Assembly (NCBI GenBank): GCA_016930235.1
Contig: JAFGHI010000063.1
Span: 799 to 64,798 of the forward strand
DNA: 64,000 nt
Direction of reading: 5' to 3'
Source: Candidatus Omnitrophota bacterium
GTDB lineage: Bacteria; Omnitrophota; Omnitrophia; Omnitrophales; Aquincolibacteriaceae
In this document: positions 1 to 9,204 of the stretch, one piece after another
Layout: every line of letters starts with the position of its first letter
Position numbering within the stretch: the first letter of the stretch is position 1
Notes under the pieces: generated by a model
Databases searched by the model: none
What the model was told of the DNA's origin: nothing
What the model saw: only the letters and a program-made list of their open reading frames with translations
Made by a program: the position numbers and the translations under genes

Positions 1-955
1 TGACGAGATCGTTGCCTGAAACATCGGCCTTTAATTCTTCTTTCGCTTCTCCCATATTGGGAGATCGAGAAGACAGAAGAATCTTCCCTTTTACAAAATC
101 CATCTTGATTGCGGGTGAGTCCGCGGATGTTAAAAGCGCTGTTCTCCTAACAACCCTTAAGAAATCTTCCCGGTTCGCTGAAGAGGTTGTTTTCTTCCCT
201 TTTGGAATGACTTGTTCATAGTTAGGAAAGTGTCCTTCGATTAATCGGGAAACGAGAAAGGTATCTCCTAACACAAAAACAACCTGATTTTGAGACGGGA
301 TCATCTTCACTGTTCCCTCCCATGTCAGCATCTTAAGCAGTTCCTGGACGGCTTTGACCGGAACGATCATTTCAAACGTCTGCCCGTCCTTATTCTCAAT
401 CTCTTTTTCCGAGCATGCCAGTCTTCGCCCATCTGTCGCCACAAACCTTATTAGCTTGTCGGTTACGGAAACGAGAACGCCATTAAGAACATATCTCGTC
501 TCGTCATAGGAAATGGCAAAAGACGTCAAAGCGAGGCACTCTTTTAATAAGGCTTGATCCAACTCTATTGCGTTTTCATTGTTCCATTCCGGAAGTTTGG
601 GATAGTCCTCCTTCATCAGTCCCATGACCTTAAAAAATGCTTTTCCCGCTTTAATATTTACGGCATTGTTTTTCGCAACTGTAATTTCTATCTCCCCTTC
701 CGGAAGTTCGCGCACAATTTCCGATATCTTCTTTGCTGGAATTGTAATAGCGCCCTCTTTTTGAATTTCTGCGGGGACCGTTGTTGAGATTCCTACCTCG
801 AGATCCGTTCCGATTATCTTCAAACAATCCTCTTTCTTGGAGGCTTCGAACAGCATATTCCCAAGAATAGGCAGCGTTGCAGCTTTTTGCGCAGTTACAT
901 TGCCGACGAGCGTTATTCCTCGTAATAGGTTGCTTTTTGATAACTTTATTTCCAT
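1..955 (-). CDS. dnaN: DNA polymerase III beta sliding clamp, 3' end truncated by the window edge
   Basis: The minus-strand translation starts MEIKLSKSNLLRGITLVGN at the ATG complementary to 953-955. An internal DETRYVLNGVLV clamp motif is present. The position immediately downstream of dnaA is the canonical one. Confidence 0.85.
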   Translation of the reverse strand, partial: MEIKLSKSNLLRGITLVGNVTAQKAATLPILGNMLFEASKKEDCLKIIGTDLEVGISTTVPAEIQKEGAITIPAKKISEIVRELPEGEIEITVAKNNAVNIKAGKAFFKVMGLMKEDYPKLPEWNNENAIELDQALLKECLALTSFAISYDETRYVLNGVLVSVTDKLIRFVATDGRRLACSEKEIENKDGQTFEMIVPVKAVQELLKMLTWEGTVKMIPSQNQVVFVLGDTFLVSRLIEGHFPNYEQVIPKGKKTTSSANREDFLRVVRRTALLTSADSPAIKMDFVKGKILLSSRSPNMGEAKEELKADVSGNDLV

Positions 956-1092
956 AACAATCACTCCTTCTCTATTATGATTATTCTATTTTAACAAAAT
1001 AGCCGTCGTAATAATAGTCCTTGTTTATTTGTTGATAACTACCCTATCTATATGTTTTAAAAGGAATTAAGAGAAACATATGTTGTGGATAA
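956..1092. promoter_or_regulatory. AT-rich dnaA-dnaN intergenic region with DnaA boxes (oriC part 2 / incC-like)
   Basis: TGTTGATAA sits at about 1030-1038 and a perfect TGTGGATAA at 1084-1092. The spacer is AT-rich. Confidence 0.6.
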
Positions 1093-2493
1093 TTAGCTCC
1101 CTTTTTTCAACAGATTTCGGATCTGTTCTAAAACTCTTCTTGTCTCTGAGCTTGTCTCACTTTCACTGTTTATTTTGTTGACCGCGTGTAGAACGGTCGT
1201 GTGGTCCCGGCCCCCGAAGTATTCGCCTATTTCAGGCAGAGAGTGAGAAGTAAGATTCCGAATAAGGAACATCGCAATTTGCCGCGGGCGGGCGACGGAA
1301 CGACTCCTTCTCTTGGCCCGTAAATCCGAGACCTTTAAATGAAAGAAATCAGCGACGGTACGTTGGATTTGCTCCATACCGACCTTCTGTTCTTCTTCTT
1401 TAAGAGAATCCCGAAGCATCTCTTGAGCAAGCTTGAGATCTACAATCTGACCCGTTAATGTCCCGTAAGCAACGACCCTTATGAGAGCACCTTCCAGCTC
1501 CCGAATATTAGAACGTATTTTACTGGCAATAAAATAGAGGACATCGTCGGGGACATGGACCGTTTCCTTCTCCATCTTCTTTTTAAGAATAGCAACCCTA
1601 GTCTCAAAATCAGGTGGTTGTATGTCTGTTACAAGCCCCCATCCGAACCGCGAGACTAATCTCTCCTCGAGACCAGGGATCTCCTTTGGTGGTCTATCGC
1701 TGGAAACAACGATTTGCTTATGGGCATCGTACAGCGTGTTGAATGTGTGAAAAAACTCTTCCTGGGTCGCTTCCTTCTCGGCTATGAAATGAATATCATC
1801 AATAAGGAGAAGATCAACCGTTCTGAATTTATTCCTAAATTGCGTCGTAGAGCGGGTTTGTATAGCGGTGATAAGTTGATTTGTAAACTTTTCGCTCGGG
1901 ATATAAAGGAATTTGAACCCAGGATTCCTTCTCTTGATTTCATGCGCTATGGATTGCATGAGATGGGTCTTTCCCAGCCCGACCGGACCGTAGATAAATA
2001 AGGGGTTATATTGCCGCGCTGGGGCTTCACAAACAGCCATCGCAGCAGCATGTGCAAATCGGTTACCAGGACCTATGACAAAATCCTCGAACGTATAGCG
2101 GCTATTGAGGTTAGGCCCAATTATTTCTCCTCCGTGTTTGCTGATATCTTGGAATGGCGGTTTTGCCGGAAGGGGTTCCTTTTTGTTGGGTTTCGGTGCA
2201 GAGACGAATTCAATGCTTAATCTTTTTCCTACAACTTCTTCGCATGCACTTGCAATGATTTCATGATAGTGAGATTTCAGCCAGTTTCCATAATACTGAT
2301 CGGGGACTTCGAGTTTAATCAATTGATCATCCAAATAATTGCAGAGCACTGGCTCAAACCATGTTTTGAAAGATTGGTCGCTTAATTCACGAGATAAAAC
2401 TGATTTTATCTTCACCCAATGGGGATCAGGGGTTTTATCCTGTAGCGGAGATGTTGCCTGCGACTTGGCGCTTGAGGGAGAATAGTTATCCAC
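1093..2493 (-). CDS. dnaA: Chromosomal replication initiator DnaA
   Basis: The 466-aa product has the AAA+ Walker A GPVGLGKTHL, a DnaA-type domain III, and a C-terminal DNA-binding domain (GGRDHTTVLHA). The start codon is GTG at 2491-2493. Confidence 0.95.
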   Translation of the reverse strand: MDNYSPSSAKSQATSPLQDKTPDPHWVKIKSVLSRELSDQSFKTWFEPVLCNYLDDQLIKLEVPDQYYGNWLKSHYHEIIASACEEVVGKRLSIEFVSAPKPNKKEPLPAKPPFQDISKHGGEIIGPNLNSRYTFEDFVIGPGNRFAHAAAMAVCEAPARQYNPLFIYGPVGLGKTHLMQSIAHEIKRRNPGFKFLYIPSEKFTNQLITAIQTRSTTQFRNKFRTVDLLLIDDIHFIAEKEATQEEFFHTFNTLYDAHKQIVVSSDRPPKEIPGLEERLVSRFGWGLVTDIQPPDFETRVAILKKKMEKETVHVPDDVLYFIASKIRSNIRELEGALIRVVAYGTLTGQIVDLKLAQEMLRDSLKEEEQKVGMEQIQRTVADFFHLKVSDLRAKRRSRSVARPRQIAMFLIRNLTSHSLPEIGEYFGGRDHTTVLHAVNKINSESETSSETRRVLEQIRNLLKKGS

Positions 2494-2750
2494 AGCTAGT
2501 CCACATAGTATAATAAATTATTTTACAAGTTACCGTGGAATATTAATAAATTATCCACAGAAAAGCACAATGAAATTAACAAGATAATAACATGTTATCA
2601 ACATATCAATAAGTCGATAATCCTACCCCGAAATTGAATTTCAGGGAAAACGCGGTATTGTAACGCGAGACGATCTAAAAGTCCAAGGTTTTTCAAACGG
2701 TAAAAAAGAAAAATTTCACTTCTGCTCCCTTTTTGCTATAATCCCTCGCC
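2494..2750. promoter_or_regulatory. oriC-like region upstream of dnaA: DnaA boxes plus an AT-rich DUE-like stretch
   Basis: TTATCCACA occurs at 2485-2493 (overlapping the dnaA GTG start) and at 2551-2559, with TTATCAACA at about 2595-2603. The 2500-2620 stretch is very AT-rich. Confidence 0.6.
2737..2742 (+). promoter_or_regulatory. -10 TATAAT hexamer 8 nt upstream of the rpmH GTG start
   Basis: The sequence is ttttgcTATAATccctcgccGTG. No Shine-Dalgarno lies between the hexamer and the start codon. Confidence 0.4.
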
Positions 2751-2888
2751 GTGAAAAGAACTTATCAGCCTTCCAAAAGAAAGAGACGCTCCAAGCATGG
2801 ATTCCTCGCTCGAAAGCGGTCAAAAGGCGGGAGAAAGATTCTACGCCGGCGCCGGAAAAAAGGGCGATCACGACTAACCCCTGTCTAG
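2751..2888 (+). CDS. rpmH: 50S ribosomal protein L34
   Basis: A GTG start gives [45 protein letters not shown]. This is the classic L34 sequence, too short (45 aa) for the ORF track. Confidence 0.85.
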   Translation: MKRTYQPSKRKRRSKHGFLARKRSKGGRKILRRRRKKGRSRLTPV

Positions 2889-2896
2889 AAAACAAG

Positions 2897-3280
2897 ATGA
2901 GCCTGAGCTTGTTGTCGAGCCAAAGGATTTACAAGCCTAGTCATTTTGAATCCCTGATAAAAAAAGGGAAATTCTTCAGAGGAAAGTTGCTAAATGCTTG
3001 GATCAATATGAAGGGGGAAGTCTGTCCGAGGGCAGCCCGCCCGATGATAGCTGTTATGATCAGCCGAAAGGTTGCACAAAGAGCAAACAAACGAAATTTA
3101 TGGAAGAGGAGAATTAAAGAGGCTTTTCGGCGGAATCAAAAGGAAATCAAAAGAGGGGTCGCCGTTCTGATCCAGGGCCGGAAAGTCAATGATCCCCCGC
3201 CCTATCGTGAGATAGAAAAAGAACTCATTTATTTTTTGAAGAAGGCGAAGGCATGGGAAAAGATCGAGGGAAGGAGTTAA
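2897..3280 (+). CDS. rnpA: RNase P protein component
   Basis: The 127-aa basic protein carries an RnpA-like KSHFESLIKKGKFFRG segment. Its position between rpmH and yidC is conserved. Confidence 0.85.
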   Translation: MSLSLLSSQRIYKPSHFESLIKKGKFFRGKLLNAWINMKGEVCPRAARPMIAVMISRKVAQRANKRNLWKRRIKEAFRRNQKEIKRGVAVLIQGRKVNDPPPYREIEKELIYFLKKAKAWEKIEGRS

Positions 3281-3283
3281 GAA

Positions 3284-4957
3284 GTGAGCCGCGATCCTGA
3301 AATGGAGAGGAATTATTTTCTCGCAATTGTTTTATCTTTACTTGTCGTTGTGGGCTATCCGCTATTCATGCAGAAAACTCGTAACCCGAATCCGATCGGA
3401 GAAGAAGCGAAAATAGAAGAAAATAAAGAAGATGTTTCGGGGGGCCAGAGCGAGCGCGATTGGGCGGAAGAGACTCCATCGGCTTCGGCGATACAAATTC
3501 CCACAAAACCGTCCATCGAGACGTTTGAGAATGATTTGTTCTACATTGAATTTACTTCTCTTGGAGGCGCCATTTCTAAGCTTGTGTATAAGGGAGAGCA
3601 CAAGAACGGAGGCGTGGATGCAACTTCGTTTTTCGACCAAGACTCTCTTCAAACAGGTATTTTTGGAACAAAAATCTCACATGAGAACATTGATTTAACC
3701 CAGGCGATCTTCGGTGTCAAAAAAGGGGCCGGAGGCAAAGAGATCGTCGAGTTTTCATATGAAAAGCCAGAAGAATTTCGGTTAGTAAAACGCTATTACG
3801 TTGATTCGGAGCATCCCGTTCTCGGGCAGGATATGATTATCGAGAATCTTAGTTCGCGGACGAAACATTTCCCCGTCGAATTCGTTTATGGGATGCAATA
3901 CGATTTGTCAGATAGCATGATCGCCCGCAGTTATGAATTGGTTGCCAGGACCGATAAAATCGAGAGCGCGAATATCCATAAAATTGCAAAGAAGGGATAT
4001 GATTTATCAGCAGAAATCACATGGGCGGGTTTAATTAAACGCTATTACGCTTTGATTGTCAATCCAGACTGGAAGATCATTCATATTTCTTCAAACACGG
4101 ATAAAGAAAGCGCGAAAACCGGGACCCTGTATACAACTCTTCGAATGGAGCCTATTTCTATTGAACCCGGGCAGAAGATCGGAAAACAGTTTTTCGTTTA
4201 TGCGGGGCCGCAGCGTTACGAAACACTCAAGAGTTTTAATATGGGATTTGAAAAGATATTGACGCGTGGTTTTTTAGGAAATTTCAAGATTTGGATTTTG
4301 TTGGCGCTCAAATTTATTTACCGGTACACGCATAATTATGGCTGGGCTATTATTTTATTCACGCTGCTCTTGAAAGGTGTTTTTCTTCCTCTAACCCACC
4401 AAAGCTCGAAGCAGATGAAGAAAATGCAAGCCCTAAATCCCAAAGTGAAAGCTTTGCAAGAAAGGCTCAAGAGCGATCCCCAAAAGATGCAGAAAGAACT
4501 GACCCAATTATATAAACGCAACAAAGTTAATCCTGCTGCGGGTTGTTTACCGATGTTGATTCAGATGCCAATATTTATTGCCATGTTCCGATTGCTTCCG
4601 GAAGCCGTCGAGTTAAAGGGGGCCCCTTTTATTTGGTGGATTAAGGATTTATCGCAGCCCGATCGGTTGCTTACGCTTCCCTTTACGATTCCCCTTTTAG
4701 GGTGGGATGCGATCAACTTGGTTCCCATCGTGATGGTGGTTTCACAATTTTGGTATCAGAAAACGATGCCGCAACCAAGCACAAGTAATGAACAGGCCAA
4801 AATTATGGCCTTTATGCCCGTTTTCTTCGGATTTATTTGTTACAACATGCCTTCTGGGCTTGTCTTGTACTGGTTTATGCAGAATATCTTCTCGGTCATT
4901 CACCAAGTTTTCATCAATAAGATTGTCGTTGTCCTTCATCACGAAGACCGGGAATAG
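3284..4957 (+). CDS. yidC: Membrane protein insertase YidC
   Basis: An N-terminal TM is followed by a periplasmic domain and a C-terminal 5-TM YidC/Oxa1 core. Confidence 0.9.
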   Translation: MSRDPEMERNYFLAIVLSLLVVVGYPLFMQKTRNPNPIGEEAKIEENKEDVSGGQSERDWAEETPSASAIQIPTKPSIETFENDLFYIEFTSLGGAISKLVYKGEHKNGGVDATSFFDQDSLQTGIFGTKISHENIDLTQAIFGVKKGAGGKEIVEFSYEKPEEFRLVKRYYVDSEHPVLGQDMIIENLSSRTKHFPVEFVYGMQYDLSDSMIARSYELVARTDKIESANIHKIAKKGYDLSAEITWAGLIKRYYALIVNPDWKIIHISSNTDKESAKTGTLYTTLRMEPISIEPGQKIGKQFFVYAGPQRYETLKSFNMGFEKILTRGFLGNFKIWILLALKFIYRYTHNYGWAIILFTLLLKGVFLPLTHQSSKQMKKMQALNPKVKALQERLKSDPQKMQKELTQLYKRNKVNPAAGCLPMLIQMPIFIAMFRLLPEAVELKGAPFIWWIKDLSQPDRLLTLPFTIPLLGWDAINLVPIVMVVSQFWYQKTMPQPSTSNEQAKIMAFMPVFFGFICYNMPSGLVLYWFMQNIFSVIHQVFINKIVVVLHHEDRE

Positions 4958-5010
4958 ACAAGGTCGACATCTTCTCATACTCGAAAAATTAGGCAGGTTT
5001 CTTTTCAGAA

Positions 5011-6819
5011 ATGACCACACAGAAGTTCGATTCGATTATTGTCGGAGCAGGCCATGCGGGGGTTGAAGCGGCCTTGGCAATAGCGCGAACAGGCTATCAG
5101 GTTTTACTACTAGGGCTAGACATCAGCACTGTAGCGAAGATGTCCTGCAATCCTGCAATCGGTGGCCTTGCTAAGGGGCATATCGTCCGGGAAATCGATG
5201 CTCTGGGCGGTGAAATGGGGCTGGCGATTGATCAGACAGGGATCCAGTTTCGTATGCTCAATAGGTCGAAAGGCCCTGCTGTTTGGGCGCCTCGAGCCCA
5301 AGCGGACAAGCAAGAATACTCTGAGTATATGCGGCGCGCAATCGACGCCGAGTCAAATATATGCCTTAAAGAAGGCCAAGCGGCTGCTATCCTTGTGAAG
5401 GATGGCAAGTGTTATGGAGTGAGGATCCAAGAGGGAGAAGAATTTTTAAGTAAGACGGTTATATTGTGTACAGGGACGTTTCTCCAAGGGCTTATACATA
5501 TTGGCGAAGTCAATTATCCCGGAGGCCGCGGTGGCGAAGACCCAGCCATCGGCCTTTCTGATTCCCTTCGCGAGGCAGGAATTGAACTCGTGCGATTCAA
5601 AACCGGGACGCCGCCGCGACTGCATGTTAAATCAATAGATTGGAATCTTCTCGAAGAGCAAAAAGGTGATGATCCTCCCCTGCCCTTTTCCTATCGGACA
5701 AAGAAAATTAATAGGCCTCAACGCTCTTGTTTTCTTACTTATACAAACAAACAAACGCATGAAATTATAAGAAAGAATCTTCATCGGTCCCCTTTGTACG
5801 CTGGCGTGATTGTTGGAACAGGCCCGCGCTATTGCCCTTCGATTGAGGATAAAATAGTTAAATTTGCAGATAAGGACCGACATCAGATCTACTTAGAACC
5901 CGAAGGCCTTCATAACGATGAGATTTACGCGAATGGTTTGCCGACAAGTCTGCCTAAAGATGTTCAAGAGGATCTTGTCCATTCCATACGAGGGCTGGAA
6001 AGAGCTGAATTTATTCGGTATGGATATGCCATTGAGTATGATTGTGCGCCACCTACGCAATTACATCACACCCTCGAAACAAAGAAGATTGAAAATCTTT
6101 TCTTTGCCGGACAAATCAACTGCACATCAGGTTACGAAGAGGCAGCTGGACAAGGTCTTGTAGCGGCTTTTAATGTTATAAGAAAATTAAAAGGTCAATC
6201 ACCTTTCATCCTTGATCGGTCGGAAGCCTATATTGGAGTCCTCATCGATGATTTGGTCACTCGAGGGACGAATGAACCCTACCGCATGTTTACATCGCGT
6301 GCAGAATTCAGGTTAATCCTGCGTCAGGATAATGCAGACGAAAGGTTAATTCAATATGGGCATCAATTTGGTCTCATAACGAAAGACCAATTTGATGTTT
6401 CATGCGAAAAGTATAATAAAATCAGGCTTGAGATTGAAAGATTGCGGTCTGTTAGAAAGAATGGAAAAACATTAGAGGAGCATATCAGAAGACCCGATCA
6501 AAACTATAAAGCCTTATATGATAATGCATTATGCTCATGCATATTTAATGATGATGAGATACACTCGATCGAAACAAAGATAAAATATGAAGGTTATATT
6601 TCAAGACAAAATACTGAAATAGGAAAATTTAAGAAATTAGAATCTAAACAAATACCGGATGAATTTGATTATAAGAAATTGAAAGGTATTAGCATTGAAG
6701 CCATAGAAAAATTAGATAAAATCCGACCAAAATCGATCGGACAAGCTTCCAGAATTCCCGGAGTATCATCCTGCGATCTTTCAGTGCTAGCAATCCACCT
6801 GAGGCAAGGCTATCTATAG
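5011..6819 (+). CDS. mnmG: tRNA uridine 5-carboxymethylaminomethyl modification enzyme MnmG (GidA)
   Basis: The product has the FAD-binding N-terminus DSIIVGAGHAGVEAALAIAR and a GidA-family length of 602 aa. Confidence 0.95.
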   Translation: MTTQKFDSIIVGAGHAGVEAALAIARTGYQVLLLGLDISTVAKMSCNPAIGGLAKGHIVREIDALGGEMGLAIDQTGIQFRMLNRSKGPAVWAPRAQADKQEYSEYMRRAIDAESNICLKEGQAAAILVKDGKCYGVRIQEGEEFLSKTVILCTGTFLQGLIHIGEVNYPGGRGGEDPAIGLSDSLREAGIELVRFKTGTPPRLHVKSIDWNLLEEQKGDDPPLPFSYRTKKINRPQRSCFLTYTNKQTHEIIRKNLHRSPLYAGVIVGTGPRYCPSIEDKIVKFADKDRHQIYLEPEGLHNDEIYANGLPTSLPKDVQEDLVHSIRGLERAEFIRYGYAIEYDCAPPTQLHHTLETKKIENLFFAGQINCTSGYEEAAGQGLVAAFNVIRKLKGQSPFILDRSEAYIGVLIDDLVTRGTNEPYRMFTSRAEFRLILRQDNADERLIQYGHQFGLITKDQFDVSCEKYNKIRLEIERLRSVRKNGKTLEEHIRRPDQNYKALYDNALCSCIFNDDEIHSIETKIKYEGYISRQNTEIGKFKKLESKQIPDEFDYKKLKGISIEAIEKLDKIRPKSIGQASRIPGVSSCDLSVLAIHLRQGYL

Positions 6820-6824
6820 AGCAC

Positions 6825-6840
6825 TGTTTCACGTGAAACA
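6825..6840. promoter_or_regulatory. parS site, perfect palindrome TGTTTCACGTGAAACA
   Basis: Exact match to the consensus ParB-binding site. Confidence 0.85.
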
Positions 6841-7006
6841 TTCTATTTGTTTAAAAATGCTATTGCTTGTTTGATCATCGTGAATATAATAAAGGAATAT
6901 CCAGTCAAGATAAAGATAAAGAAAAAAGGATTCTAGTCGAACTTAGAGATAGAAATGTCGTTCAATCGAATTAGAAAACCTCTTCTGAAGGAATCCTCAG
7001 TTGTAG

Positions 7007-7022
7007 TGTTTCACGTGAAACA
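7007..7022. promoter_or_regulatory. parS site, perfect palindrome TGTTTCACGTGAAACA
   Basis: This second exact copy sits 16 nt upstream of the parA start. Confidence 0.85.
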
Positions 7023-7037
7023 AAATATAGGTGATAT

Positions 7038-8084
7038 ATGAGCAAAATTGCATCTTTCTGCAATCAAAAAGGTGGAGTTGGGAAAACCACGTCAGTTATA
7101 AATTTGGCGTCGATTTTAGGCCAATACGGTAAAAAGGTTTTAGTTATAGATGTAGATTCACAAGCTAATGCTACAAGCGGCTTTGGGATTGATAAACCAA
7201 AAACAATAGAATCCACAACTTATCAACTCATTGTGGATAAGAGAGATCCATTGGAATTGATAAGAGAAACCGGGGTTAGTAATGTATCGCTTATAGCATC
7301 CAATTTTGAATTATCGGGAGCAGAGCTTGAATTGATATCACAAGAGAAGAGAGAATTCAGCCTAAAAGAGCAACTAAGTAAAATAGAAAATAATTATGAT
7401 TACATATTTATAGATTGCCCGCCATCGCTTGGCCTTATGACCATAAATGCTTTAGTAGCAAGCAGATATATAATAATTCCATTGCAATGCGAATATTACG
7501 CACTAGAGGGTCTTGGGCAGCTACTCCACACATATCATCTGGTAAAACAAAAATTGAATAGTGAGTTGGAGATAGGCGGTGTAATTTTAACAATGGCGGA
7601 CTTTCGAACAAATTTAACACAACAGGTAATAGAGGAAGTAAAAAGTTACTTTAAAGAAAAAGTATTTAAAAACATTATACCAAGAACTGTAAAACTATCG
7701 GAAGCACCAAGTTTTGGAAAACCTGCAGTCATCTATGATCCGCACAATAAGGGATCAGAAGGATATCGATCTGTAGGAATCGAGCTTTTGGAAAGATTTG
7801 AAGGGATAATTATCAATAGGAAAAATGAGGCAAACGGAATCAATGAGAGGGGCCATGAAGAGGGATTGAAAGAGCAAGCGCACGAGAATGATAAAGCGGA
7901 AGAGTCAGGAGAGGTCGCGCAATATGCGGAACCAGAAAAGATTGAAAACATAGGTAATTCTGATCGAGGAGATGTTTTGGTGAAGGACGAAAGAAAAGAA
8001 ATAATTAATACTGAAGAGCTTAATAAAGGCGGAAAAGTTTATGAACAAAACGCAGATGTAATCAAAGAGGAGATTCAACAATGA
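7038..8084 (+). CDS. parA: Chromosome partitioning ATPase ParA/Soj with a roughly 95-aa acidic C-terminal tail
   Basis: The deviant Walker A KGGVGKTT is present. The canonical ParA part ends near LLERFEG and is followed by a low-complexity E/K/N-rich extension. Confidence 0.9.
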   Translation: MSKIASFCNQKGGVGKTTSVINLASILGQYGKKVLVIDVDSQANATSGFGIDKPKTIESTTYQLIVDKRDPLELIRETGVSNVSLIASNFELSGAELELISQEKREFSLKEQLSKIENNYDYIFIDCPPSLGLMTINALVASRYIIIPLQCEYYALEGLGQLLHTYHLVKQKLNSELEIGGVILTMADFRTNLTQQVIEEVKSYFKEKVFKNIIPRTVKLSEAPSFGKPAVIYDPHNKGSEGYRSVGIELLERFEGIIINRKNEANGINERGHEEGLKEQAHENDKAEESGEVAQYAEPEKIENIGNSDRGDVLVKDERKEIINTEELNKGGKVYEQNADVIKEEIQQ

Positions 8085-8998
8085 AGAAAGCTCTCGGAAA
8101 AGGGCTGAATGCTTTAATACCGGACACTTATATTGAAGAATCGAAAATCGGGAGTATGACGGAGGAGAAAATTGATAGTAAGGGCGGAAAGGAGAATTTC
8201 AGAGAGAGCGGATTTGCGCTTATCCCCATAACAAAAATCAAAACAAACAAAGAACAACCGAGAAAAGAGTTTTCCCCAGAAGCCATAGAAGAACTTGCTA
8301 TGTCCATAAAAGAAAAGGGAATGCTTCAACCAATCATAGTAAAAAAAGGGGCGCAAGGAGATTATGATCTTGTTTGCGGGGAAAGAAGACTAAGAGCAGC
8401 CATATTGTGTGGATTAACCGAAGTCCCCGCAGTCATTAAAGATGTTGCCAAAGAAGAATTTTTCGAGTGGGCCCTGATCGAAAACATACAGAGAGAAGAT
8501 TTAAATCCAATCGAAGAAGCTGACGCTTATCGTCGCTTAATGGAGGAAAGGGTTATTGACCAAGAGGAAGTTGCAAAGCGAGTAGGCAAAGATCGCTCAA
8601 CGATAGCGAATATGGTTCGATTGTTAAGACTTCCCGAAGAAGTCAGAAATTATCTAGCATCGGGGCAGTTAACAGCGGGGCATGCGCGCGCAATTTTAGG
8701 GTTGCTGACCCCAGAACACCAGCGCCAAATGGCAAAGAGAATTATCGAAGAAACCTTGTCTGTTCGGCAAGTCGAGGCGATCGTCACAAGGAGTAACGCT
8801 CAAAAAAGGAGGCCTAAGAGAGCCAGGCATTTAAGCCCTGAAATCATTGACCTTGAACAAAGACTTGAGCGACACTTGGGGACGAAGGTTAAAATACACC
8901 CGAAGAAAAATCGCCGGGAGGGTCGGATCGAAATCACCTATTTTTCATTAGACGAACTGGATCATTGCTTGGGGAAAATCGGATTGCCTACTTCGTAA
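8081..8998 (+). CDS. parB: Chromosome partitioning protein ParB/Spo0J
   Basis: The product has a GKGLNALI N-terminus, a ParB box (LVCGERRLRAA) and an HTH. Its start overlaps the parA stop (ATGA). Confidence 0.9.
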   Translation: MKKALGKGLNALIPDTYIEESKIGSMTEEKIDSKGGKENFRESGFALIPITKIKTNKEQPRKEFSPEAIEELAMSIKEKGMLQPIIVKKGAQGDYDLVCGERRLRAAILCGLTEVPAVIKDVAKEEFFEWALIENIQREDLNPIEEADAYRRLMEERVIDQEEVAKRVGKDRSTIANMVRLLRLPEEVRNYLASGQLTAGHARAILGLLTPEHQRQMAKRIIEETLSVRQVEAIVTRSNAQKRRPKRARHLSPEIIDLEQRLERHLGTKVKIHPKKNRREGRIEITYFSLDELDHCLGKIGLPTS

Positions 8999-9032
8999 AT
9001 TAACACGAAGGGGGAGAGGCCCTCTCAGCAGG

Positions 9033-9060
9033 TTGACACGAAAGGTGGGTATGCTATAAT
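9033..9060 (+). promoter_or_regulatory. Sigma70-type promoter TTGACA-16-TATAAT
   Basis: TTGACA at 9033-9038 and TATAAT at 9055-9060 lie upstream of the solute-binding-protein gene, leaving a roughly 140-nt leader. Confidence 0.55.
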
Positions 9061-9204
9061 CGCCGGACTTTGCGAGCCCCCACCCATTGCAAAAAGGAAT
9101 TCACCACAGAAATTTAAATCGTTTAACCCGCAGAAAAAACGGATAAGTGTAGATTATCCAGTTAAGAAAGCAGTGAAAGAAAGCAAAGCAAGGTTTAGAG
9201 GAAG

